64,000 nucleotides of DNA, taken from contig JBEEFW010000021.1 of assembly GCA_041166385.1 (NCBI GenBank), positions 32,185 through 96,184 of the forward strand, written 5' to 3'. The DNA comes from Acidimicrobiaceae bacterium (GTDB taxonomy: Bacteria > Actinomycetota > Acidimicrobiia > Acidimicrobiales > JACDCH01). A model generated the notes under the pieces. The model was given only the letters and a program-made list of their open reading frames with translations, made no database searches and was not told where the DNA came from. The position numbers and the translations under genes were made by a program. Positions 18,316 to 26,260 of this stretch are shown here, one piece after another. Numbering within the stretch: the first letter of the stretch is position 1; each line of letters starts with the position of its first letter.

Positions 18316-19145
18316 AGCGCGTGCGGGGTTGCATCCTGGCGACGTTGGCACTGACCTCGTGCAGCGGCGGACACCGGGGGGCCGCGGCCGCACCGACGGT
18401 CCCGACGTCGACGACAACCACCACGACGACCACGAGCACGACGACAACGACGTCCCCGGTCACGAGCACCACGCCCACGCCATCAGTCGCCGGCAAGGTC
18501 GTGGTGCTCGATCCCGGACACAACGAGAACAACTCGCGTCACGCATCGGACATCAATGAGTCGGTCGACATCGGGAACGGCAGCAAAGCCTGCGACACCA
18601 CCGGCACCGCGACAGACGGTGGCTACAGCGAGGCGTCGTTCACCACCGACGTGGCCAGCCGAGTTGCGGCCATCCTGCGCGACGCGGGCGTGACCGTTGT
18701 CCTCACCCGCGACGCGTCGACGCCGTGGGGTCCGTGCATCACGGAACGAGCGGCGATCGGGAACCAGGCTCACGCCGACGCGGCGATCTCGATCCACGCC
18801 GACGGGGGCCCGACCGGCGGCCGCGGGTTCCACGTCATCGAGCCCCTCTTGGTCGCGGGACACAACGACGCGAGCATCGAGCCGAGTCAGCGGCTGGCGC
18901 TCGACGTGCGCGACGAGTACCGCGCCGCGACCGGCCTCCCTTATTCCTCGTACGCCGGGCACAACGGGATCGATGCCCGCGATGACCTCGGCGGTTTGAA
19001 CCTGTCCACGGTTCCAAAGGTCTTCATCGAAACCGGCAACATGCGCAATGCCGCCGACGTCTCGCTGCTCGAAGCCCCCGACTTCCGTCAGCAGATCGCG
19101 GTCGGCATCGCCAACGGTGTCATGCGATTCGTGACCGGAGGGTAG
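18312..19145 (+). CDS. N-acetylmuramoyl-L-alanine amidase, probable lipoprotein
   Basis: GTG start with a GTGA overlap. Lipobox LALTSC, a Thr-rich linker, then Amidase_3-like motifs VVLDPGHNENN and ISIHADG. Confidence 0.85.
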   Translation: MKRVRGCILATLALTSCSGGHRGAAAAPTVPTSTTTTTTTTSTTTTTSPVTSTTPTPSVAGKVVVLDPGHNENNSRHASDINESVDIGNGSKACDTTGTATDGGYSEASFTTDVASRVAAILRDAGVTVVLTRDASTPWGPCITERAAIGNQAHADAAISIHADGGPTGGRGFHVIEPLLVAGHNDASIEPSQRLALDVRDEYRAATGLPYSSYAGHNGIDARDDLGGLNLSTVPKVFIETGNMRNAADVSLLEAPDFRQQIAVGIANGVMRFVTGG

Positions 19146-19746
19146 CGACGCCGTCGCCCTCGAGATCGTCGAGCGCGACGGCGCGTCCCGACATCGCCAT
19201 GATCAACGCCTCGGCCGGACCCCGCACGAGTTGGCCGTCACCGTGCGACCAGTCGACGTCGGTCGCTTCAAAGCGCAGCCCGGCGATTCGCTTCTTGTTC
19301 ACGTACCCCTTTGGGGCGCGGGCGAGGAAGTCGAGTACAGCGGTGGCGCGCTCCTTTGGCACGGGCACCGTTTGCCCCAGCGGCCTCCGAATGTCGGACG
19401 CGTGGACGACCAGATCGGTGAGCGGCGCTTGCGGTCCTAGGAACGGTGGCTTGAATCTGTGCTCGGCGTTGTCGCGCAGCGAGGCCGCGAGTTCCTTCGG
19501 TGTCAGCTTGGCGGCCCGCGCTTGCGACAGCTTTGTGTTGGCCTTGTCGAGGTTGAACCCGTTGGCGACGACCGCGGCCATCGCCTTCGGTCCGGGTGTG
19601 GTGAACGGCATCGACAGGTGGCCCGCCACATCCCGCACGGTCCATTGGCTGCACAGGCTCTGCGTCTGCCAAGCCTTCTCGTCGAGGGTGTCGAGATAGT
19701 CCGCGAGCTCCCGGCGTGCCGATGCGATCTCCTCGTACACGTCCAT
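19120..19746 (-). CDS. DinB/mycothiol-dependent maleylpyruvate-isomerase-N-terminal family protein
   Basis: 208 aa. The N-terminus ...ARRELADYLDTLDEKAWQTQSLCSQWTVRDVAGHL is typical of the TIGR03083-like family. Confidence 0.7.
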   Translation of the reverse strand: MDVYEEIASARRELADYLDTLDEKAWQTQSLCSQWTVRDVAGHLSMPFTTPGPKAMAAVVANGFNLDKANTKLSQARAAKLTPKELAASLRDNAEHRFKPPFLGPQAPLTDLVVHASDIRRPLGQTVPVPKERATAVLDFLARAPKGYVNKKRIAGLRFEATDVDWSHGDGQLVRGPAEALIMAMSGRAVALDDLEGDGVATLRSRIA

Positions 19747-19755
19747 CGTTCGACC

Positions 19756-20784
19756 CTAGAGTGCAGCCGCTCGGCGGGCGACGTCGCCGAACCGTTCGAA
19801 CGTACCGTCGTCCGTCTGCGCGCTCATGCCCGCGAGATACAGGACCGGCTGCACGTCGTGCACCGCGAGGGGCTTGCAGCGATCGGCGATGCGTTGCGGC
19901 AACTCGTCCCATGTGCCCTCGACCACGAAGTGGGCGAGCAGATCGTCGGAGATCACGGCGGTCATACTCGCCATGTCACCGGCCTTCTGTGCCGCCCGCA
20001 GCTTGTCGGTCGTCCCTTCGAAGCCGAGCTGATCGAAGATGAACGCGTAGTTGGGTGTCGAGCCGTAGAACCCGACCATCGAACGGCTGGCCTCGCGCCA
20101 CTTGGACTGCTCCTCGTCGGTGTCGCCGACCGCGGTGAACAGCGGCACGAACACTGCGAACGACGAGAGGTCGCGGCCCGGCGACGCGAGGTTCGGCAGC
20201 AACGTCTCGCGGTAGTACGTCGGCGTGTTCAGCGGATGTACGTGCACGCCGTCGGCGTGTTCGCCCGTCATGCGCAACATCCACGGATTCACCGCGGCGA
20301 CGTCGATCGGCGGATCCGGACAGCGCAGCTTGCCGGGCGACCACATCGCCGGCAGCAACGAGAACTTGTAGTACTTCCCATCGAACGCGAGTGGCTCCTC
20401 GCCGCGGAACGCTCGATAGATCGCCCGCAATGCCAGCACGTACTCGCGCATCCGCGGTCCCGGCGGATCGAAGTCGGTCGAGTAGCGCCGCTCGACGTGG
20501 GCTCGCACCTGCGGTCCGATGCCGAGCCGGAATCGACCACCGGTGGCGTCGGCCAGCTCCCACGCGACCGAGGCCGTGACCATCGGGCTGCGAGGAAAGG
20601 CGACGGCCACGCCTGTCGCGATGTCGAGGTCCGCGCCCGACAGCGCCGCCGCGGTGGACGCCAAGTAGGCGGTACGCCCGCTCTCGGTGATGACGAGACC
20701 CGCGAATCCGGCGTCCGCGCTGCGTCGGGAGAACTCCTGGAACTCCGGTAGCCGCGTCCCGCCGGTCATCACGTGAACCTTCAT
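19756..20784 (-). CDS. luciferase-like (LLM class) probable F420-dependent oxidoreductase
   Basis: 342 aa from MKVHVMTGG... LLM-type TIM-barrel sequence. ATGA overlap with the upstream kinase stop. Confidence 0.75.
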   Translation of the reverse strand: MKVHVMTGGTRLPEFQEFSRRSADAGFAGLVITESGRTAYLASTAAALSGADLDIATGVAVAFPRSPMVTASVAWELADATGGRFRLGIGPQVRAHVERRYSTDFDPPGPRMREYVLALRAIYRAFRGEEPLAFDGKYYKFSLLPAMWSPGKLRCPDPPIDVAAVNPWMLRMTGEHADGVHVHPLNTPTYYRETLLPNLASPGRDLSSFAVFVPLFTAVGDTDEEQSKWREASRSMVGFYGSTPNYAFIFDQLGFEGTTDKLRAAQKAGDMASMTAVISDDLLAHFVVEGTWDELPQRIADRCKPLAVHDVQPVLYLAGMSAQTDDGTFERFGDVARRAAAL

Positions 20785-21815
20785 CCGAGCAACTCTTGCA
20801 GCAGCCCGATCGAGTCGCAGTCCTCGACCGCCCGGGTGGCGCGCTCCATCGCCGCGATGGCCTTCTCCGACGGCTGCCATCGGCTGCCCACCGCCGCCGT
20901 CGACGTGAACGACACCCACGAGAAGACGGTGAACAAGCGGTACTGCTGGGCCGCGTGCGCCGGGTCGAGCGTGATGCCGTGGCCGGCGAGCGTGTGGCGA
21001 TAGTGCGACAACAACTCGCCTTCGATCTCGCGGCGCTGGTCGGTCGTGACGGAGTTCGTGAGGTGATACGCCACGTCGCGCATGCCCGGCGAGTGGCTGA
21101 ACATGGCCCAGTCGTAGAAGCCCGTGCGTCCGCAGTCACTGAACAAGTTGCCGCGATGCGGATCGCCGTGGATCAGCGTGCGTTCGCCTTCGTCCCACAG
21201 GTCGAGGATCTCGGCGGTGCGAGTGGCGTACAGCTCGCCGATTGCGCGGAAGACGGGCGGCATCTCGTGCGCGAACTGATCGAGGGCGCGGTGGATGAAG
21301 TGCCCCGCGGCCGCGGCCGCCTCGGGACCCTTGCCTCCCCCTTCACCGAATCCGGCGCGCTCCGGAACCCAGGCGAGATCGTCGTCGAAGCGGGGACTCT
21401 CCCAGTACGCCGCGTGCAGATGCGCGAGCTCCTCGATCGTCGAGCGCGGGTCGGAGTCGTAGGTGCAGCCCGATGCGTTCAGGTCCTCGAGCACCATCAC
21501 ATAGGCATGACCGTCGGTCGATGCGTACCAACAGCGCGGAAGCCGGACGGGCACCTCGGCGCCGAGCTCGGCATAGAACCGAGCTTCCATCACGCCGATG
21601 CCGGTGAAGTCGAGGAACACGCGCTGCTTCGGATCGAACGGCGCCAGCTTGCAGAACAACGTGTCGGGCACGTCGTCGGTCGACTCGAGTCGCACCTTGG
21701 CTCGGCCGGTCGTGCCTGAGTGCGAGTCGATCACTTCGACTCCGGTCACGTCGGCCCCGAGCACGTCGCTGAACCACGCCGGCGTCAGGTCGTCGACCTC
21801 GATCGGGATCGTCAC
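20781..21815 (-). CDS. phosphotransferase (APH/choline-kinase-like) family protein
   Basis: 344 aa. Catalytic loop LIHGDPHRGNLF followed by FYDWAM. Confidence 0.8.
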   Translation of the reverse strand: MTIPIEVDDLTPAWFSDVLGADVTGVEVIDSHSGTTGRAKVRLESTDDVPDTLFCKLAPFDPKQRVFLDFTGIGVMEARFYAELGAEVPVRLPRCWYASTDGHAYVMVLEDLNASGCTYDSDPRSTIEELAHLHAAYWESPRFDDDLAWVPERAGFGEGGGKGPEAAAAAGHFIHRALDQFAHEMPPVFRAIGELYATRTAEILDLWDEGERTLIHGDPHRGNLFSDCGRTGFYDWAMFSHSPGMRDVAYHLTNSVTTDQRREIEGELLSHYRHTLAGHGITLDPAHAAQQYRLFTVFSWVSFTSTAAVGSRWQPSEKAIAAMERATRAVEDCDSIGLLQELLG

Positions 21816-21824
21816 TCCCGCACC

Positions 21825-23795
21825 CTAGGTTTGGGCCGCGACCACCCGCTCGGCTCGCGAGATGAACCACTCCGGGAGACGGTCGACCGGCATCGGTCGG
21901 GCCATCAGGAAACCTTGTGCAATGTCGCACCCGGTGTGCCGCAGCATCGTGAGCGTCTCCTCGGTCTCGACGCCCTCGCCGACCACACTCAACGAGAGGT
22001 TGTGTCCGAGGTCGACGATCGAGCGCACGATCGCGGCGTGCGCGGCGTTGACGAGCATGTCGGTCACGAAGCTCTTGTCGATCTTCAGCTCATGGATCGG
22101 CAGCGCCGAGAGGTAACCGAGCGACGTCTGGCCGCTGCCGAAGTCGTCGAGGCTGATCCTCACGCCGAAATCGCTGAGCGTGGCGAGCGTGGTGGCGGCG
22201 CGGTCGGGATCGGCGAGCAACGACGTCTCCGTGATCTCGATGATGAGGCGGTCGGCGGCCATGTCGAGGCGGCGCAACGTTCGGATGACGACATCCGCGA
22301 AGTCAGGGCTCGAGAGGTTGCGGGCTGACACGTTGACCGCAACCGCAAGGGGGTCATCGTCCACCCGCAAGTGGTGTGTCTCGACCAGTGCCCGAGCGAG
22401 GACCCAGTCAGTGAGCTTGTCGATCAGGTCCGTCTGCTCGGCGAGGGGCAGGAAGCTGTCGGGGTAGAGGAGTCCGTGCGTCGGGTGTTGCCAACGAACG
22501 AGCGCCTCGATCGCCTCCACGCGCCCGTCGACCAGCGACTCCTTCGGCTGGTAGTGCAGCTCGAGCTGTCCGTCGTCGATCGCATGCCGGAGTTGCGCGA
22601 CGAGTTCGAGCTTCGACGCGTCGTAGTGATCGTGTTCGGAGTCGTAGCGCAGGATCCCGAGGTGCTTCGCCTTGGCCATGTACATGGCGACGTCGGCGTG
22701 CTGGAGCAACTCGTCGACCTCGACGCCGTCGAATGGCGCGACGACGTACCCGATGCTCGCTTCGAGGGACAGCGGCAGCCCGCTCACCTCGACCTCACGA
22801 TCGATCACGGCTCGCAGCGCGGCCAGCTCACGACTCGGGTCGCGCAGGTCGCGCAGGATCACACCGAACTCGTCGCCTCCCAAGCGGGCGATGGTGTCGC
22901 AACCGCGGGCCTCGGCGCCGAGCCGGCGGGCGAGCTCCGCCAGCACGTGGTCGCCGTTGTGGTGCCCGAGCGTGTCGTTGACCTCCTTGAACCGATCGAG
23001 GTCGATGATGGCGATCGTGACCGGCTCGCGGTTCAGCTCGGCGTCGCGCAACGCGGCTTCGGCGCGCCGGAGGAACAGCGTGCGGTTCGGGAGATCGGTC
23101 AATGTGTCGTGCTCGGCCATGAACCCATTGATCGCGACTTGGCGGCGCAGGCCGCGACTCACCGAGATCGAGATCACGAACAAGGCGACGTACAGCGCGG
23201 CCAACCCGAGCACGAGGTTGCGGTACAGGTTCGAGAGTGCGGCGTTGACGTCGTCGTTGATCGGTCCGTAGGGGAGGTACGACTCGAGCACGCCGATGAG
23301 CGCGCCGTCCGAGTTCTTGAGTGGGACGTACACCTCGATGGCCTGGACGCCCTTCGGGCCGGCATCGTCGGTGTCCGTGTTGATACGGGTGAGCAACGCG
23401 ACCGTCTCACCTTTCGCCGCGTCCATCGCCTCGTCGTCCGGTTCGCCCGAGAACCCGGAGCCATCGTCGGAGAACACGACCCTGCCGTCGAGGTCGCGCA
23501 AGCGCAGGCGTAGGACTTGGCCGTCCTTCGACGTGAGGTTCACGAGCTTGTGGAGGTTGGTGTCCTCTGTCGAGGTCAGCGGCTCGTCCAACGGCCGGCC
23601 GTCGAGCAGCGGCTCGATGCCCGCCTCGGCCAGCAGCAGCGCCTTCGAGCGGCCTTGGGCGAGGCCGCGATCCTGGGCCTCGGAGCGGTAGGTGAACGCC
23701 AGGGCCACCCCCAGCAGGATCACCGGCAGTAAGCACACGGCCGCGTGCACCGCGAACAGTCGCAACACGGACCGCGATGCCCGGGCACCCCTCAC
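21825..23795 (-). CDS. membrane sensor diguanylate cyclase/phosphodiesterase (GGDEF + EAL)
   Basis: Two N-terminal TM segments flank a ~190-aa extracytoplasmic region. RGCD I-site plus GGDEF (ARLGGDEFGVIL). EAL motifs EALVRW, DDFGSGQTSL, ELKIDKSF and GEGVET. Confidence 0.9.
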   Translation of the reverse strand: MRGARASRSVLRLFAVHAAVCLLPVILLGVALAFTYRSEAQDRGLAQGRSKALLLAEAGIEPLLDGRPLDEPLTSTEDTNLHKLVNLTSKDGQVLRLRLRDLDGRVVFSDDGSGFSGEPDDEAMDAAKGETVALLTRINTDTDDAGPKGVQAIEVYVPLKNSDGALIGVLESYLPYGPINDDVNAALSNLYRNLVLGLAALYVALFVISISVSRGLRRQVAINGFMAEHDTLTDLPNRTLFLRRAEAALRDAELNREPVTIAIIDLDRFKEVNDTLGHHNGDHVLAELARRLGAEARGCDTIARLGGDEFGVILRDLRDPSRELAALRAVIDREVEVSGLPLSLEASIGYVVAPFDGVEVDELLQHADVAMYMAKAKHLGILRYDSEHDHYDASKLELVAQLRHAIDDGQLELHYQPKESLVDGRVEAIEALVRWQHPTHGLLYPDSFLPLAEQTDLIDKLTDWVLARALVETHHLRVDDDPLAVAVNVSARNLSSPDFADVVIRTLRRLDMAADRLIIEITETSLLADPDRAATTLATLSDFGVRISLDDFGSGQTSLGYLSALPIHELKIDKSFVTDMLVNAAHAAIVRSIVDLGHNLSLSVVGEGVETEETLTMLRHTGCDIAQGFLMARPMPVDRLPEWFISRAERVVAAQT

Positions 23796-23970
23796 CCCCG
23801 AGTAATCGGCCGCCTCACCTCTGGACTACAGAAGTCGGCCCGAATTGCAACAATGGGAAGCTGACACCCGCCCCCACAGCCTCCGGCCGCTGTGGCTACG
23901 GTGCTGGTGGAAGCGGGTAGAGCCTCGCCGTCTCGCCTTTTTGGGGCGTGAGTTTCTAAGGTAGGTCCCT

Positions 23971-24249
23971 ATGGGTGCGCAGCGAACGACGTTTGACAAG
24001 CTCCAGCGCGACCGCGCCAAGAAGGCGAAGCAAGCCGCCAAGCGCGAACGCCGGCAGGAGAAATCCGCCGAAAACGGTGAAGAGACCGATGCCGACATCT
24101 CGCTCCCCGCGGGTGAAGGCGCACTCACCGCCGCCGAGCTCATGCAGCAGGTAGAGGCCATCACTCGACGCCTCGAGGCGGGCACGATCTCGCTCGAGGA
24201 CTTCGAGGACGCCAAAGCCGACCTGATGGAGCGTCTGCCCATCGACTGA
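23971..24249 (+). CDS. small charged protein with SHOCT-like C-terminus
   Basis: 92 aa. Lys/Arg-rich N-terminus. The C-terminal RRLEAGTISLEDFEDAKADLMERL resembles the SHOCT motif. The AAGGTAGG-type SD upstream is weak. Confidence 0.5.
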   Translation: MGAQRTTFDKLQRDRAKKAKQAAKRERRQEKSAENGEETDADISLPAGEGALTAAELMQQVEAITRRLEAGTISLEDFEDAKADLMERLPID

Positions 24250-24270
24250 CGCGCTGTTTCGGATGACCGC

Positions 24271-24304
24271 TTGACAACAGCTGAAAATGCATGAGAATGC
24301 ATGA
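24271..24304 (+). promoter_or_regulatory. sigma70-like promoter overlapped by a tandem palindrome-containing repeat
   Basis: Perfect TTGACA (24271-24276), 16 nt, then GAGAAT (24293-24298). AATGCATGA occurs twice with a 10-bp period (24286-24294 and 24296-24304), and each copy contains the palindrome ATGCAT. Confidence 0.35.
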
Positions 24305-24331
24305 AACACTCAGTTGGGGAAAGGTTGTCTC

Positions 24332-24610
24332 ATGGCAATGCGCGTACTCGCCGACCCGGTGGCCAAGGAACGGATCCTGCAGTTCCGCACCGTGCTCGAC
24401 AGCGGCTTCATCGAGTCGATCCAGCAACTGCTGACGGGAGGCGACGATCTCTCACAGCCGTGTTTCTGGGACGGCCCGAAGGCCAAGGAGTTCCAAGGGA
24501 TCTGGCCGGGCCTGCGCCAGTCACTGCTCGACGCCCACGCCGACCTGGCGGTGCTGGCGGGATCGATCGACTCGATCACCACCCAGATCATGACCGCCGG
24601 CGGCGGCTAG
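24332..24610 (+). CDS. WXG100 (ESAT-6-like) family small protein, candidate
   Basis: 92 aa from ATG 24332, with SD GGGGAAAGG 7 nt upstream. Central W-x-G (FWDGPKAKEFQGIW) between two helix-like halves. Confidence 0.55.
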   Translation: MAMRVLADPVAKERILQFRTVLDSGFIESIQQLLTGGDDLSQPCFWDGPKAKEFQGIWPGLRQSLLDAHADLAVLAGSIDSITTQIMTAGGG

Positions 24611-24617
24611 ATCGTTT

Positions 24618-24659
24618 TCCCACTCAGACGTACACATTTCTGTGTACGTCTGAGTGGGA
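24618..24659. repeat. palindromic intergenic element, copy 2
   Basis: Sequence is TCCCACTCAGACGTACAC-ATTTCT-GTGTACGTCTGAGTGGGA. It lies between the convergent stops at 24610 (+) and 24665 (-). Confidence 0.85.
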
Positions 24660-24664
24660 TTTCG

Positions 24665-25198
24665 TCATTCGCCGAAGTTCTCCATGAGGTTGAGCAGGTC
24701 GTCGGCGTGCTCCTCCTCGACGGCGAGGATCGTCTCGAGCATGCGCCGGGTGGTCACGTCGTTGTCGCCGAGCCAGCGGATGACTTCGCTGTAGGACTCG
24801 ATCGCGATGCGCTCGGCGACGAGGTCTTCCTTGAGCATCTCGGGGATCGTGTTGCTGGCGTCGTATTGCGCATGGCTGCGGGTCGTGAGGCCGTCGGGAT
24901 CGAAGTTCGGCTCGCCTTGGAGTTGGGTGATGCGGAGCGCGATCTGATCAGCGTGACCCTGTTCTTCGGTCGCGTGCTGCAGGAATTCGGCTGCGACGGC
25001 CTGTGAATGAATGCCACGCGCTGTGAAGTAGTGGCGCTTGTACCGCAGCACGCAGACGATCTCGGTCGCCAAGGCCTCGTTCAACACCTCGATCACTCGT
25101 TCGCGGTCGGCACCGTAGGCCGACGTGATCGGACCTTCCTCGATCTTCTGTCGCGCGCGGTCTCGGAGGGTCTGGATGTCTGTCAGGAATTCGGCCAC
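24665..25198 (-). CDS. bacterioferritin-like (ferritin-like di-iron) protein
   Basis: 177 aa with two ExxH motifs ([15 protein letters not shown]) plus matching Glu residues in a four-helix pattern. Confidence 0.8.
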   Translation of the reverse strand: MAEFLTDIQTLRDRARQKIEEGPITSAYGADRERVIEVLNEALATEIVCVLRYKRHYFTARGIHSQAVAAEFLQHATEEQGHADQIALRITQLQGEPNFDPDGLTTRSHAQYDASNTIPEMLKEDLVAERIAIESYSEVIRWLGDNDVTTRRMLETILAVEEEHADDLLNLMENFGE

Positions 25199-25253
25199 GG
25201 GCGGAACCTACCCCTCTTCGGGGTTGTCACACCTCGGCGGTAGGGTGCCGTCG

Positions 25254-25814
25254 ATGGCCGACCAGGCGAAGTTTGCGGAGGAAGCAACGCCGTTCATGGA
25301 CTCGCTCTACGCCGCGGCCATGCGCATGACCCGCAACCCGTCCGATGCGGAAGACCTCGTACAGGAGACGTATCTCAAGGCCTATCGCGGCTTCGGGGGC
25401 TACGAGGAAGGCACGAACCTCAAGGCGTGGTTGTACCGGATCCTCACCAACACGTTCATCAACACGTACCGGGCGAAGAAGCGGCGGCCGATGGAGTCAG
25501 ACCTCGACGAAGTCGAAGACCTCTATCTGTACCGGCGATTGGGCGGGCTCGAGGCGGCGGCGGCCGGTCGTAGCGCCGAGGACGAGCTGCTCGACATCTA
25601 CACCGACGACGAGGTCAAGCGGGCCCTCGAAGAGCTCCCGGAGCAGTTCCGCATGGCCGTGATGCTGGCCGACGTCGAGGGTTTCAGCTACAAGGAGATC
25701 GCCGAGATCCTCGACATCCCGATCGGAACGGTGATGAGCAGATTGCACCGGGGAAGAAAAGGACTGCAGAAGAAGTTGTGGGAGTACGCCGTAGCTCGCG
25801 GCCTTGTGGCATAA
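25254..25814 (+). CDS. sigH: ECF sigma factor, SigH/SigR type
   Basis: 186 aa from MADQAKF... Long identical stretches to mycobacterial SigH as I remember it ([57 protein letters not shown]). Followed by a ZAS anti-sigma gene. Confidence 0.9.
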   Translation: MADQAKFAEEATPFMDSLYAAAMRMTRNPSDAEDLVQETYLKAYRGFGGYEEGTNLKAWLYRILTNTFINTYRAKKRRPMESDLDEVEDLYLYRRLGGLEAAAAGRSAEDELLDIYTDDEVKRALEELPEQFRMAVMLADVEGFSYKEIAEILDIPIGTVMSRLHRGRKGLQKKLWEYAVARGLVA

Positions 25815-25823
25815 CGGTGATCG

Positions 25824-26075
25824 ATGGCTGACGGAAACTGCGACGACGCTCTGCACGAGTTGTACGGCTACCTCGATGGTGAGCTGACGGTCGAGCGGCG
25901 CATCACGATCCAGCACCACCTCGACGACTGCCCTCCCTGTTACGAGGCGTTCGACTTCGAGGCCGAGCTGCGGGTCGTGATCGCCCGGAAGTGCACCGAG
26001 ACGGTCCCCGAGTCGCTGAAAGAGCGCATCGCCGAGGCCATCCGTCAGGAAGCCACGCCCGAATCCTCCAGCTGA
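25824..26075 (+). CDS. rshA: zinc-associated anti-sigma factor (RsrA/RshA type)
   Basis: 83 aa with the HxxxCxxC motif (HHLDDCPPC) plus an N-terminal Cys. Lies immediately downstream of sigH. Confidence 0.85.
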   Translation: MADGNCDDALHELYGYLDGELTVERRITIQHHLDDCPPCYEAFDFEAELRVVIARKCTETVPESLKERIAEAIRQEATPESSS

Positions 26076-26115
26076 TTTCGCGTCACGCCGTCGGCTCCCT
26101 CTACGATCCCGGCCG

Positions 26116-26244
26116 ATGCATCTCGCCGTCATCTGGCATTTCTGGATCGGGCTCGTGTTCTTCGTGCTCTCGCTGGTCGTCGTGGCCGCGGTGATCGTCG
26201 GGTACCTCGTGCGAGTGCAGTCGCTGAAGTACCCCAAGCGGTAG
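26116..26244 (+). CDS. candidate 42-aa single-pass membrane micro-protein (below the ORF-track cutoff)
   Basis: ATG 26116 to TAG 26242-26244 encodes MHLAVIWHFWIGLVFFVLSLVVVAAVIVGYLVRVQSLKYPKR. 39 of 42 codons end in G or C, as in real genes here. No clear SD. Confidence 0.35.
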   Translation: MHLAVIWHFWIGLVFFVLSLVVVAAVIVGYLVRVQSLKYPKR

Positions 26245-26260
26245 CGATAGCTTCAGGGCC

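Noticed and set aside
18405-18480. Low-complexity ACN-rich DNA that looks like a microsatellite.
   Set aside because: It encodes the Thr-rich linker (TSTTTTTTTTSTTTTTSPVTSTTPTPS) of the amidase lipoprotein. It is an ordinary exported-protein linker, not a separate element.
23874-23895. Hairpin CCACAGC-N8-GCTGTGG, plus a possible structured leader or riboswitch upstream of the 92-aa SHOCT-like gene.
   Set aside because: It has only a 7-bp stem, and I can recognise no conserved riboswitch core motif. The evidence is insufficient without covariance-model searches.
25203-25225. SigH/SigR-type autoregulatory promoter (GGAAC ... GTT) upstream of sigH.
   Set aside because: The spacing between GGAAC and GTT is 15 nt, shorter than the ~16-18 nt I recall for this promoter class. 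It could be a chance match and is left uncalled.
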